Shown here: positions 37,316 through 47,348 of the stretch, in pieces
Position numbering within the stretch: the stretch's first letter is position 1
Layout of the letters: each line of letters begins with the position of its first letter
From: Alphaproteobacteria bacterium
GTDB taxonomy: Bacteria; Pseudomonadota; Alphaproteobacteria; SP197
DNA: 64,000 bases
Assembly: GCA_965215635.1 (NCBI GenBank)
Contig: CBDCEA010000004.1
Coordinates: 308,897 to 372,896, forward strand
Direction: 5' to 3'
The notes under the pieces: model-generated
What the model was told of the DNA's origin: nothing
The model's database searches: none
What the model saw: the letters and a program-made list of their open reading frames with translations, nothing else
Made by a program: the position numbers and the translations under genes

Positions 37316-38184
37316 GTGGACGCGTACCATGAGCGCGGGTTCCTGTTCCCTCCCGGGATGATGCCAGAGACCGAAGCCGCCAAGCTGCGCAGAGCGATCG
37401 AGGACGTGCTCGATCGCATCCGAGACATTCCGAACATCTTCGAGTACACCTTCAATGTTCCGCACCTCGTGATGCCTGAAGTTCACGAACGATCAGGGAC
37501 CGCCGAATTCTCGATCCCGTGGAATCCGTGGTGGGCCCCAATATCCTCCTGTGGAACGCAGGTTTCTTCATCAAGGAGCCGCACACGTCGGACTATGTCG
37601 GCTGGTATCAGGATCTGAGGTACTGGGGTCTCGACGACAACTCACGGGAACTGACGGCTTGGATCGCGGTCGGTGATGTGACCGAGGCCAACGGCGCCAT
37701 GACGTTCATCCCCGACTCCCACAGGCGTGGCATGGTCCAACACCGTGACACCTGACTGAAAGACAACCAACTTTCCCGAGGCCAGGAGCTTGCGGTCGAC
37801 GCTGACGAGAACGAGGCGGTCACAGTGGAACTCAAGGCCGGCGAGATGTCGCTCCATCACAGCAGCCTGTTCCACGCCTCGGGGACCAACCGCACGTCCA
37901 CAAGGCGCATCGGTCCCACGCTTGGCTTCGTCACGCCGGAGGTGAAGCAGGTGGTCGGTGCCGTCGACTATGCAACGCTGGTCCGCGGCGAGGACAGGTT
38001 CGGCCATTTCAGGCCCGAGCCGGAGCCCGCGTTCGACTTCGATCCGGAGAAGCCAGGCGCACTTGACGGCATGCTGCGGGACAGGAATGCCTACTTCTAC
38101 GCAGGTACCGAGGACAGGGCACCCGATGCCGCCTCACGGCAGATTCGTCAGACCGAATCGGCGGACCAGCCGCTTCCCGGCTGA
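37316..38184 (+). pseudogene. phytanoyl-CoA dioxygenase (PhyH) family Fe/2-oxoglutarate oxygenase gene, inactivated by one frameshift (about 37510) and one in-frame TGA (37753-37755)
   Basis: Three consecutive ORFs (37316.., 37519.., 37825..) together give a full PhyH-like protein: ...YHERGFLFPPG..., VVGPNILLWNAGFFIKEPHTSDYVGWYQDLRYW...TAWIAVGDVTEANGAMTFIPDSHRRG, ELKAGEMSLHHSSLFHASGTN. Segments 2 and 3 are in the same frame, separated only by TGA. Confidence 0.8.
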
Positions 38185-38423
38185 TGATCATCCAACAGGG
38201 GGTGCCGGTACATTCGAGTAGAGGCAGACAGCCGTTGTCTGACAATCGGGGCGGCAAACGAAATCGCCTTCATGGGCCCATCGCGCTTGCCGACGCCAGT
38301 TGCGGCCGAGAGCTGGGGAGGGGCTTCCGGTAGCGTTGTCGTGTCGGATGGCAGGAACATGGGCGAGGATGCCAACCGCGTGACGGGCACCCAGGATCCC
38401 GCGGCCCGTGACGATCACCACTT

Positions 38424-38885
38424 CTATCGCGAGATCTCCGGTAAATGCGCTACCGGGAAATTGACCGAGCGGGCGATGAAGCACATCGTGCCCGCCTTCT
38501 CGTGCAGCCTTTCCGCTGTTACTGCATCGCTGTCGCCGGTTATCGTCACCCGCGGCCGGAGCGTGACCTTCGTAAACTCCCCGGCACCGTCTGCGTGGGT
38601 ACGCATCTTCCCCTCCGCATGGTCCTCGTAGGCCGTGACGACGACCCCGGCGTCCACACATAAGTGCAGGTACCAGAGCATGTGGCAGGACGACAACGCC
38701 GCCATCAGCAGGTCCTCCGGATTGTGCCGGTCTGGAATGCCCCGGTAGGCGACGTCGGCCGAGCCTCGGATGACCGGCTTGCCGGGGCAGGCGATGTCAT
38801 GGTCTCGGCCGTAACCCCGGTAGCTGCGCGTGCCCGCGCCCAGGTTGCCGGCCCAGGTCACTGTCGCGGTGTAGATGTGTTCCAT
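38424..38885 (-). CDS. osmC: OsmC/Ohr-family peroxiredoxin-like protein, 153 aa
   Basis: MEHIYTATVTWAG..., SSCHMLWYLHLC and MCFIARSV are typical of the OsmC family. Confidence 0.7.
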   Translation of the reverse strand: MEHIYTATVTWAGNLGAGTRSYRGYGRDHDIACPGKPVIRGSADVAYRGIPDRHNPEDLLMAALSSCHMLWYLHLCVDAGVVVTAYEDHAEGKMRTHADGAGEFTKVTLRPRVTITGDSDAVTAERLHEKAGTMCFIARSVNFPVAHLPEISR

Positions 38886-38998
38886 TGCCTAGCGCCCCTT
38901 TCATACCGATTGCCAGAGATTGCGGTGTATACTGTTATTATTCCCCCATCTATGGGAAAAATATGAAGTATTATAGCAAGAGTTGGATTGACCCATAG
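38866..38998. repeat. about 130-bp diverged direct repeat, copy 1 (osmC 5' end plus upstream AT-rich region); copy 2 at 44031..44160
   Basis: First 60 bp are about 93 % identical (gcggtgtagatgtgttccattgcc...ccctttcatacc.attgccagag.ttg.gg). The next 70 bp are about 65 % identical and AT-rich. Copy 1 contains a 7-bp inverted repeat ctatggg...cccatag. Confidence 0.8.
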
Positions 38999-39640
38999 AT
39001 TCGCGCGCCGGTCGACCCGGTGCCGCCGAAACCGGGTCGCGCGTCTCGCTGATCAGTTGCCAGTGCGTCTCGTCCATGCACGCCACCGGAAAGGCCGCAT
39101 CGTAGGGACGCCGGTAGATGTCGAGAACCTTCTCCATCGTCGCCGTGAAGTCCGCGTTGCCTTGTGGGGGAATCACCCCGCCGACCCGGTTTGATTGCGT
39201 TTTTTTTCAGGACCCGGCGCACCGTCTCGTGCGAAACACTGTCGATGTGGCCGAGCTCCACGATGCGATCGGCCAGCAACCGCAGCGACCATTGCGAGTG
39301 GCCCTGCGCCACCAGGCGCGCCCCGAACTCGCCTGCGCACATAGTTGGAACGCCGACCCTGCCGACCGCCGAGTGCTGCCTCCATGCCCTCCTCGACGAA
39401 ACGCTTCTTGATCCGATCCACCTTGCGCGCACTGATGCGCAGGATCTCGGCAATGGCCTCCCCGCGCGCCCGGTGCTCGTTGAACTCGCCCTCGTCCGAG
39501 TTGAGCAGAATCAGCGCGTTGATCACCTTCTGCGACTGATGCGACCCCTTGCGCGTGACCCCCGCGAGTTCGTCACGCTCGCCCTTCTCCAAAGTCACCA
39601 CGTAACGCTTCATGCCACGTTAGACATGACACCAATCAAT
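38925..39640 (-). mobile_element. IS630-family insertion sequence, copy 1: 5' portion only (HTH domains plus start of DDE), 3'-truncated and frameshifted
   Basis: Reverse-strand ORFs read MKRYVVTLEKGERDELAGVTRKGSHQSQKVINALILLN..., ...WSLRLLADRIVELGHIDSVSHETVRRVLKKNAIKPG..., ...AFPVACMDETHWQLI... (first DDE aspartate), in three frames. Coding ends in the AT-rich repeat at 38998. Confidence 0.7.
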
Positions 39641-40213
39641 TTCGTGTTGGAAGCGTAGAACACCGTTTTGGCCGCGCAGGACACTTTCTTTTGGCGGGAC
39701 CTAGCCGCCTGCCTCTGGTGTTGGACTAAGGCCAGAGACACACATCCAGCAACCGGCTTGGTCAAAAGCTAGGAATTGCGCATGCGCAGAAAGGGGCGAG
39801 GGGGGTTGGCGCCCCTTACCTTGACGGTCTCCAAAACCCAAGCGCTGCGAGAGGATGACGCCAAACGCAGAGCTTGTGTCGTGGAATGCCTGTATGAAGG
39901 ATTTGAATAGTTTCTCTCGGGGTCAGCGAGGCAAGCGATTGGCATTGGCAGGTCTTTCTGTTCGAACAATTGAGAAAGTGTCATTGTCCTCACCTGGTGT
40001 CCTGTCTCACAGAGAAGGTTCGAAAGCCGAGCGAGTTTTTCGAAGATGGAATCAACCGTTGCCGTCCATTTGAAGGGGACGCGATGTGCGACATGTCTGG
40101 CAGATTCCACAAGTCTCCTTTGATTCCGCACCTTGGACAAGTCACAGGGAAGTTGGTAGCGTCAGGACCAGCATGAGTGGAAAGTTTCGCTCATCCAATA
40201 TAGGAGGATCACA

Positions 40214-41368
40214 ATGACGAAGCTTATGGATATTGAGGAGTTTCGTTCGCGCCTTGCTAACCGCGACATATCGCGACGGGACGTCAACAAGGTGCTTGCG
40301 TCGGCAGGTATCGCGACTGTCACCGTTCCGGTGATCCAGAGCCACGCCCAGGAGGAAGGCAGTTTGGAGAACGACCCGGACCTCATGGTGTTTTCCTGGG
40401 CGGGTTACGACGTTCCTGAATTCTACGGCAGCTACATCGACAAGCACGGCACCTCGCCGTCCTTCTCGTTGTGGGGCGAGGAAGAAGAAGGATTCCAGAA
40501 AATACGGGCAGGCTTTCAACCGGATGTCGCCCAGCCCTGCACGTACAGCCTGCGCCGCTGGTTCGACGCGGGCCTTCTTGAACCGTTGGACACCTCCAGG
40601 CTCGAGCACTGGGACGATGTCTTTCCCAGTCTCAAGACAGTCGAGGGAGCCGTACTCGGCGGCAATCAGGTGTTTGTGCCCATTGACTGGGGCAACAGTT
40701 CCGTCCTGTTCCGGCCCGATCTCGCTCCGGAGTATGCGGGTCCCGAGAACCACTCCTGGATGATCCTGTTCGACGAGAAGTACACGGGGCGTCTTGGAAC
40801 CTACGATTCGGTGGACGGGGTCTTCGGCGTGGTGGGTGCCCTCATCGGAGCCGAGAATCCCTTCGACATGACCGATGAGGAACTCGCCGAGGCGACGGAA
40901 TGGTTGCGCAAGCAACGCGAGATACTGCGCTGGTACTGGACAGACATCACGAGCGTCGAACAGGCGCTTGCTTCTGGCGAATTGGTCGCCTCCTACTCGT
41001 GGAACGGTTCCGTCCTCAATCTCAAGAAGCAGGGTATCCCGATCGAGTACATGAACCCGAAGGAAGGAATCTACACCTGGGTGTGTGGAGCGGTTCACAT
41101 TGCGACCGGCGAAGGATCGGACGACAAGACCTATGATTACCTGAACGCCATTTCATCTCCGGAAACCGGGACCTTCATCATCACCGAGTTCGGTACCGGC
41201 CATTGTAACCGGAAGGCTTTCGACATGGTCGACCAGGCAATTCTCGATAACCTTGGCATCTCGGATCCCACCGCCTTCATGGAAGGTAGCAGGTTTTTCT
41301 CCGAAATACCTCCAGCGACACGTGAAAGGTACATCGAACTGTTTGAAGAAATCAAGGCCGGGTTCTGA
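40214..41368 (+). CDS. PotD/PotF-like periplasmic substrate-binding protein (TAT signal), paralog 3 (intact reference copy)
   Basis: MTKLMDIEEFRSRLANRDISRRDVNKVLASAGIATVTVPVIQSHAQEE... followed by the conserved WAGYDVPEF, DWGNSSVLFRPDL and KEGIYTWVCG blocks. AGGAGGA Shine-Dalgarno upstream. Confidence 0.8.
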   Translation: MTKLMDIEEFRSRLANRDISRRDVNKVLASAGIATVTVPVIQSHAQEEGSLENDPDLMVFSWAGYDVPEFYGSYIDKHGTSPSFSLWGEEEEGFQKIRAGFQPDVAQPCTYSLRRWFDAGLLEPLDTSRLEHWDDVFPSLKTVEGAVLGGNQVFVPIDWGNSSVLFRPDLAPEYAGPENHSWMILFDEKYTGRLGTYDSVDGVFGVVGALIGAENPFDMTDEELAEATEWLRKQREILRWYWTDITSVEQALASGELVASYSWNGSVLNLKKQGIPIEYMNPKEGIYTWVCGAVHIATGEGSDDKTYDYLNAISSPETGTFIITEFGTGHCNRKAFDMVDQAILDNLGISDPTAFMEGSRFFSEIPPATRERYIELFEEIKAGF

Positions 41369-41388
41369 TCGTATTTCCCATTGGCATT

Positions 41389-41422
41389 GCAGCGGATGGG
41401 TGTCTCCGACACCCATCCGCTG
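41389..41422 (+). terminator. perfect 16-bp-stem hairpin immediately downstream of the paralog-3 substrate-binding-protein gene (terminator or REP-like element)
   Basis: gcagcggatgggtgtc tc cgacacccatccgctgc. No U-run follows. Confidence 0.5.
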
Positions 41423-41463
41423 CAAGTGTTGGCACCCTGCCGTCTTGTCATCGAGGTTGAACC

Positions 41464-41863
41464 ATGCCGCAGGCGGACCCGCGCGACGACCATGGCGTGG
41501 GCAGGATACTTGCCAAGCGCGCGAGCGCCACACCTGGTGCCCCTTTTATTCTGTCTTATTCTGTCGCACCAACGCTTCCTGGCTTACGGCGAGGCGGATC
41601 TCGAATCCAACCGCATGGCCAATGCGATGGAGGCGCTTGGCATAGACCGTGGAGACACCGTCCTTGTCATGATGCCCAATGTCGTGGAGTTCATCCTGGT
41701 CCGGTTGGGACTGGGTAAGCACGGAGCGGTCCAGGTACCCGTCAACACTGCCTGTCGGGGCAATCTCCTGGCGCACGTCAGACATGTAGGTGTCAACGTT
41801 ATGGTCAGGCTCACGCGTGATGTAAGGACATATCGTCTCCAGCCGGATAATGGATACCTCTGA
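41464..41863 (+). pseudogene. 5' fragment (about 130 aa) of an AMP-dependent synthetase/ligase gene, frameshifted and truncated
   Basis: Frame a reads MPQADPRDDHGVGRILAKRASATPGAPFIL. Frame b reads ...RFLAYGEADLESNRMANAMEALGIDRGDTVLVMMPNVVEFILVRLGLGKHGAVQVPVNTACRGNLLAHV..., the acyl-CoA-synthetase N-terminal region. The ORF stops after about 40 more codons. Confidence 0.6.
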
Positions 41864-42037
41864 ACGGGGGATTGTCCTGAAGTTTGACAGACTGTGGGAC
41901 AATTTTGACTGTTACGCCGATGTCGCCCGAAATTGTTGTTCGGCGTGATTGTTGGACGCCGATCGGCATGCTGACCCATTGACGTTGCTACGATCCGGGC
42001 GGTCAATGAGGCGCGCCGAATAACCAACGGGGAGCGC

Positions 42038-43489
42038 ATGATGTCCGAAGTCCACTACAAGTCGGCCACCGAGTTGATATCGCTGCTCGATGCGCGGGAG
42101 ATCGGCGCGCGGGAACTGCTCGATCACTTTCTCGACCGCATCGAGCGGCACAATCCGGCGCTCAACGCAATCATCTGGCAGGACGCCGACCGCGCGCGGG
42201 CGGAAGCCGACGCTTCGGACCACCGCCGCGCGGCAGGGGAGGACACCGGGCCCCTGGACGGCCTACCGGTAACCGTGAAGGAAAGCTACGACCTGGCGGG
42301 TTCGTCCACGACCTGGGGCGTTCCGGAATACAGCGACAACATCGCAGACACGGACTCGGCCGTGGTCGAGAAGTACCGCGGCGCCGGCGCGGTGGTCTTC
42401 GGCAAGACGAATGTCCCGTTCATGCTGGCGGACTGGCAAAGCTTCAACGCGATCTACGGCACCTGCAACAATCCGTGGAATCTGGCCCGCACGCCCGGCG
42501 GCTCCTCCGGCGGATCGGCGGCGGCGCTCGCCGCGGGGCTGACAGGATTGGACGCTGGCTCGGATATCGGCGCCTCGATCCGCAACCCGGCGCACTATTG
42601 CGGGGTCTTCGGCCACAAGCCGACCTGGGAGATCGTCTCGGACCGCGGCCAGGCTTTGCCGGGAGACCGAGCCCCCACCGACATCGCTGTCGTCGGGCCC
42701 ATGGCCCGGTCGGCGGCGGACCTGAAGCTGGCCTTCGGCCTTCTGGCCGGCGCCGACGGCCCGTCCGCGCGGGCATGGCGGCTGACGCTGCCGGGGCCGC
42801 GCAGGCAAAACCTCGGGGAGTACCGAGTGGGCGTCCTGCTGAGCGATCCGCAGGCGGAGGTCGAGCAATCCTACCAGGACGCCATCGCCACGCTCGCCTG
42901 CTGGCTGGAAGGCGAAGGCGCGACTGTCGAGATCGGGGCGAAGCCCGACTTCCCCACCGGAGAGGCGATGGAGGTCTACACGATGCTGCTGCGCGCCGCG
43001 ACCTCCAAGCGGCTGAGCGACGAGCTGATCTCGCAGGCACGCGAGGATCTGAGCCGCCTCCCGGCGGACGCGATTCCCTACCGCCGCCGGATGCTGGAGG
43101 CCCAGACCATGCTGCACCGGGACTGGCTCAGGTGGAACGAGCGCCGCTACGCGCTCATGGCCGGCTGGGAAGAGTGGTTCGAGACCTACGATCTGTTGCT
43201 CTGCCCCGCCGCTTCGTCGCCGGCTTTCCCGCACGATCAGGCGGGTGAGCGCTATGACCGGACGGTCGCCGTCAACGGCAGGGCCCAGCCGGTCGTCGAT
43301 CAGCTCTTCTGGGCCGGCTATCCCTGCGGGTACTACCTGCCCTCGACCGTGGCGCCGATCGGACTGACGGACGGCCTGCCAGTCGGTATCCAGATCGTCG
43401 GACGCCAGTACGACGATCTGACTTGCCTGCACATGGCAGGGCTGATCGAGGAGGGCTACTACCGCTTCACGCCGCCGCCGGGTTATTGA
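42038..43489 (+). CDS. amidase-signature (AS) family amidase, 483 aa
   Basis: GGSSGGSAAALAAG (AS motif with the nucleophile Ser), Lys in VTVKESYDLAG, Ser-cisSer-Lys triad context. Confidence 0.85.
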   Translation: MMSEVHYKSATELISLLDAREIGARELLDHFLDRIERHNPALNAIIWQDADRARAEADASDHRRAAGEDTGPLDGLPVTVKESYDLAGSSTTWGVPEYSDNIADTDSAVVEKYRGAGAVVFGKTNVPFMLADWQSFNAIYGTCNNPWNLARTPGGSSGGSAAALAAGLTGLDAGSDIGASIRNPAHYCGVFGHKPTWEIVSDRGQALPGDRAPTDIAVVGPMARSAADLKLAFGLLAGADGPSARAWRLTLPGPRRQNLGEYRVGVLLSDPQAEVEQSYQDAIATLACWLEGEGATVEIGAKPDFPTGEAMEVYTMLLRAATSKRLSDELISQAREDLSRLPADAIPYRRRMLEAQTMLHRDWLRWNERRYALMAGWEEWFETYDLLLCPAASSPAFPHDQAGERYDRTVAVNGRAQPVVDQLFWAGYPCGYYLPSTVAPIGLTDGLPVGIQIVGRQYDDLTCLHMAGLIEEGYYRFTPPPGY

Positions 43490-44030
43490 AGTTACCGGCA
43501 GCGATAACGCGCTGTCCCGGGTTTGACCCTGGACCTCGTCCGGTCGGAGCAGGATTGGACCGTACCGACGGCGCGTATGGCGGCCACCCGACAAACCTGA
43601 CCAACCATCGGACCAATTTTGGGTCTGGAGGCATCGAGGTTTCGTTTGGTGACTTCGGGCATCGGTAACTCCGGTTCCCTCTGCCGGTCGGGGCACCGTA
43701 AGGGTCTCCAACAGGATGCAAATCCCGGTGTATCGTAGCCGGTCAACTTGCGACGTTGTCTGGCTGTGGAGCAAGTAGCGCTTGCGACCCGACAACAGGA
43801 TCCGGACCCCGAAAACCTTGATCTCGGTATCTCGAAGATTATCGGTCTTTCCGCGGGGCTTGAGGGCGTCGACCCGGTATTGCGTTAGACGACTTGTCGG
43901 CATGTTTCTCTCTCCGTTCTCTGTTGCACCGGGGGCACGGAAACGTCGTGTTTCTGTATGTTCGGCGCGCTATTGTGAGAGAGAAAACGTGTTTTATCAG
44001 ATAGTTAAAGTTTTCTTCAGTACCGCAGGT

Positions 44031-44160
44031 GCGGTGTAGATGTGTTCCATTGCCCTGCGCCCCTTTCATACCAATTGCCAGAGGTTGTGGAATATTTTGG
44101 TTTTGTTCAGTCGTTATGGGAAGAAGGTGAAGTAGTACAACAGAATATTGATTAATCTGT
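44031..44160. repeat. about 130-bp diverged direct repeat, copy 2 (carries a truncated duplicate of the osmC start and its upstream region)
   Basis: See copy 1 (38866..38998). The first 20 nt reverse-complement to ATGGAACACATCTACACCGC, the osmC start. Confidence 0.8.
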
Positions 44161-44256
44161 AAACTCTACACAGGAGGTCCGGAACGATCGCATCCCTGGT
44201 AATCTCAAACGCTGACTGCACCCTGGTAAAACTGTACGAGTTGGCCAATCGATGCA

Positions 44257-45054
44257 ATGTCAAGCGGCAGTCCCGCCGTGATGCGGGTGATCGCCATGGT
44301 TGTCGATGGATGGAGTCGTGGTGAGGTTGCCAAGGTCCAGGGTACAACACCTCGGTCGATTCGTGATCGGGTGATCCGGTACGCAGCGGGCGGGCTGTTC
44401 TTGCCGATGTGAAGCGTTGTGGACGTCAACCAAAGCTCGACGAAGACCAGCGGCCGAGCGTGGCATCCCGGGTCGAAGCAGGTCCGATTCCGAACAGGGA
44501 TGGTGTGTGGCGGGGGCGTCTTGTCGACATCGCCCACAGGATCCTGAAGGTGTCCGGGATCCGGTTAAGTGCCTCGCCGCCTGCTGGATCGCCTCGGGTT
44601 CAGTCATGTCTCAAGACGTCAGGCCCATCCCAGGGCAGATCCGTTGAATCAGAAAGATTGTCGAGAAGACTTCAGGTCTCTGACCCTGGTGGCAGTCTCT
44701 CCTTGGGTAGAATCGTCCCGAATCGAGATCAGGTTTCGAGCCAACACTTCACAGGTGGACTGCCGTCTCGCCGACATTCCCCAAGCCGTGGCACCCGGTA
44801 ACCATGGTGTGATCATTCTCGACGGTGCGGGATGGCATCGTTCGAAGTATCTCGTCATTCCCGACAATCTCACCCTGCTTCACTTGTCTCCCTGTTGCCC
44901 CGATCGAAGACATCCTGTCAGACTTTCTGCCCAACCCTTCCCGAATGTCCAGGGTATCCATACCGCGCCCGGCCGAAAGCTGGGAGACTTTCGGTGCGGA
45001 CACAAGAGGGATTGCTTCCATCGCGCGGCGATCGAGGGCCAATTGCACTGTTGA
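44257..45054 (+). mobile_element. IS630-family insertion sequence, copy 2 (different subgroup from copy 1); transposase split over three frames
   Basis: MSSGSPAVMRVIAMVVDGWSRGEVAKVQGTTPRSIRDRVIRYAAG (HTH), ...GRQPKLDEDQRPSVASRVEAGPIPNRDGVWRGRLVDIAHRILKVSGIRLS..., ...VIILDGAGWHRSKYLVIPDNLTLLHLSPCCPDRRHPV... (DDE C-terminal region with the SP-x-NP-like end). Confidence 0.65.
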
Positions 45055-45173
45055 TGACACCGATCAAAACTTGAGGAAACTGGTATTGGGCCGGTCGGAG
45101 CATCGTCGAACCGCCGCCGCAGGCGGCTGCCAGCGCACTCTTTGACGAATGGCGTAACCGGGCGAACCTCGGA

Positions 45174-46412
45174 TTAGTGGGCCGACCTCGCCTTGGCGAG
45201 GTTCGGGGTTCCGCGCTTGCGACCGTTTCCGGCGTCCTTCCTCCGTGGGCGATCTCGCGCGGGTCGGAAGGGTGCCGGGGCGGGGTCGTCCCCGATCACG
45301 GTCAGCCGCTGACGGATCAGGGACTCGATCTGGCCGAGCGAATCCCGCTCGCCCGCATCGCAGAACGAATAGGCGATGCCGCCGGCGCCGGCCCGTGCCG
45401 TACGGCCGATGCGGTGGACATAACATTCCGGAGCGTTTGGCAGCTCGTAGTTGATGACGTGGCTGATATCGTCGATGTCGATGCCGCGTGCAGCGATATC
45501 GGTCGCGACCAGGACGCGGGCCTCGCCCCGCCGGAAGCGTTCGAGGGCCCGCTGTCGAGCGCCCTGGGACTTGTTTCCGTGCATCGCCTCGGCGGCGACA
45601 CCGCCTTTCTCCAGCTGGGTCGCCACCCGGTTGGCGCGATGCTTGGTGCGGGCGAAAACCAGTACCCGCGAGAGCGCCGGGTCACCCAGAATCTCGGCCA
45701 ACAGGCGCTGCTTGTCCCCGGACGAGACGTGGAAGACGCTTTGGTGGATTCGCTCCACCGGCGTCGCCTGCGGAGTCACCGCGACCCGGACGGGATCGCG
45801 GAGGAAGTCGCTCGCCAGACGTGCCACATCGCGCGGCATGGTAGCCGAGAACAGCAGCGATTGCCGCTCAGTCGGGAGGGCCACGAGGATGCGGCGCACA
45901 TCGCGAATGAAGCCCATGTCGAGCATGCGGTCCGCCTCGTCGAGTACGAGATGCTCGACCCCGTTGAGGTTGACGCGGCGCTGTCCCATCAGATCCAGCA
46001 GGCGCCCGGGTGTGGCGACGAGGATGTCGACGCCACGCGCCAGTGCACCGACTTGGGGCGCCTGGCCGACGCCGCCGAAAATTACTGCGAACCGTAGCTG
46101 CAGGTGGGTGCCATAGGCGCGGAACTCGTCAGTGATTTGGATCGCCAGTTCCCGCGTCGGCGCCAGGACGAGGGCGCGCGGTGTGCGGGTGCGAACGCCG
46201 CTATGCGCACCGGCGAGCCGGTGCAGGATCGGCAAAGCGAAGGCCGCCGTCTTGCCGGTGCCGGTCTGGGCGATGCCGAGAACATCTCGTCCGGCCAGGA
46301 CCTCCGGGATGGCCCGCGCCTGGATCGGCGTCGGGGTCGTGTGTTTGCGCGCGACTAGCGCACGTTGCAGGGTCTCGGCCAGGCCGAGTTCAGAAAACAA
46401 TTGCTTTGTCAC
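45174..46412 (-). CDS. rhlE: DEAD-box ATP-dependent RNA helicase (RhlE-like), 412 aa
   Basis: Q-motif ...[10 protein letters not shown], motif [13 protein letters not shown] ([13 protein letters not shown]), SAT, motif [12 protein letters not shown], and an RG-rich C-terminal tail. GTG start. Confidence 0.9.
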   Translation of the reverse strand: MTKQLFSELGLAETLQRALVARKHTTPTPIQARAIPEVLAGRDVLGIAQTGTGKTAAFALPILHRLAGAHSGVRTRTPRALVLAPTRELAIQITDEFRAYGTHLQLRFAVIFGGVGQAPQVGALARGVDILVATPGRLLDLMGQRRVNLNGVEHLVLDEADRMLDMGFIRDVRRILVALPTERQSLLFSATMPRDVARLASDFLRDPVRVAVTPQATPVERIHQSVFHVSSGDKQRLLAEILGDPALSRVLVFARTKHRANRVATQLEKGGVAAEAMHGNKSQGARQRALERFRRGEARVLVATDIAARGIDIDDISHVINYELPNAPECYVHRIGRTARAGAGGIAYSFCDAGERDSLGQIESLIRQRLTVIGDDPAPAPFRPARDRPRRKDAGNGRKRGTPNLAKARSAH

Positions 46413-46722
46413 ATTGATCCTTGACCGCCCGGCGCGGTCCGTCGTGTCGGGACGGCCGTTCCCGGGCGCATATGCCGGCCACGTGAGAGGCCGGAACGGG
46501 TGGGGGGTGAATGTTTCCGCGTCTCATGCACGCAACTGCGTCGCGGGACCGGAAGGTGATCTATGGGAGCAGCATGTACCCTCGGGCCGGCAATGTCAAT
46601 GTGCACCACTGCCTGTCTGCCGGTCGCCGGGCAGGAGCGCGCATGGTGAAGTCCCAGGAACCTGTCGGATTTGAGGCATTGCGGCAGGCACTGCCCCTTG
46701 ATGCTGACGTCGAGGCGGATGT

Positions 46723-47240
46723 GTGTGGTCTCCTGGCCCAGGGCGAGGGATCGCCTTGTGGTGTGGGTCATGGTTGATGCTTCCTTGTGATATTGAGAAG
46801 CATCATGTCGCGAGCCAGGTGGATCGAGGGACAGCGTGGCTGCTTCCGCCCTCGGTGTGGGGCTGGCTGCCCGAGGAGCACCTGGTGCGGTTTGCGGTCG
46901 GAATTGTCGACGGCCGACCGATATCAGCGTACGGCCATGGCGGCAAACGTGCGTATCATCCCGGAATGCATACGGCTACGCCACGGGCGTGTTCTCGAGT
47001 CGCATGCCGGACCAGCCGGCGGTCTCGGTGACATTCCGCAAGCATTTTGTCGGTAAGCTAAAGGATCTGTTTGTCTGGATCCTGATGGTGGCCTGGTCGA
47101 TGGGCTTCTGAAACTGGGTACGATCAGCGTTGACGGCATCAGGGTTAAGGCCGTCGCCACCAGGCACTGAACTGGCAGCATGCCAACAGGCTCGAGGTGC
47201 AGGCCGAGGTCGAGTAGTTGATGCCGGCGCCTTCAGCAGC
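46723..47240 (+). mobile_element. remnant of an IS5/IS1182-group (DDE_Tnp_1/DUF4096-type) transposase gene, multiply frameshifted
   Basis: ...WLLPPSVWGWLPEEHLVRFAVGIVDG...AYGHGGKRAYHPGM..., then YGYATGVFSSR..., then LKLGTISVDGIRVKAVATRH in shifting frames. These are the conserved N-terminal blocks of this transposase group. Confidence 0.55.
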
Positions 47241-47348
47241 TTCACTGCGACTCAGTCCTCGGCGCCGATCTCCCGGCGTTTGATCATGGCGCCGAGTTCA
47301 CCCCTCGACCAGAAGGCGATATTTTTCCGTTGAGCGGCGATTATCGTG

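Noticed and set aside
37753-37755. In-frame TGA in the PhyH gene as a selenocysteine codon
   Set aside because: The same gene also carries a frameshift. PhyH-family enzymes are not selenoproteins. The FdsA in this window uses Cys rather than Sec, and no SECIS-like hairpin follows. A nonsense mutation is far more likely.
39769-40140. 123-aa minus-strand ORF in the lower-GC stretch upstream of binding-protein paralog 3 as a real gene
   Set aside because: No recognisable domain and no Shine-Dalgarno. The region reads better as the AT-richer promoter/5' UTR of the binding-protein gene and the flank of IS630 copy 1. Left unannotated.
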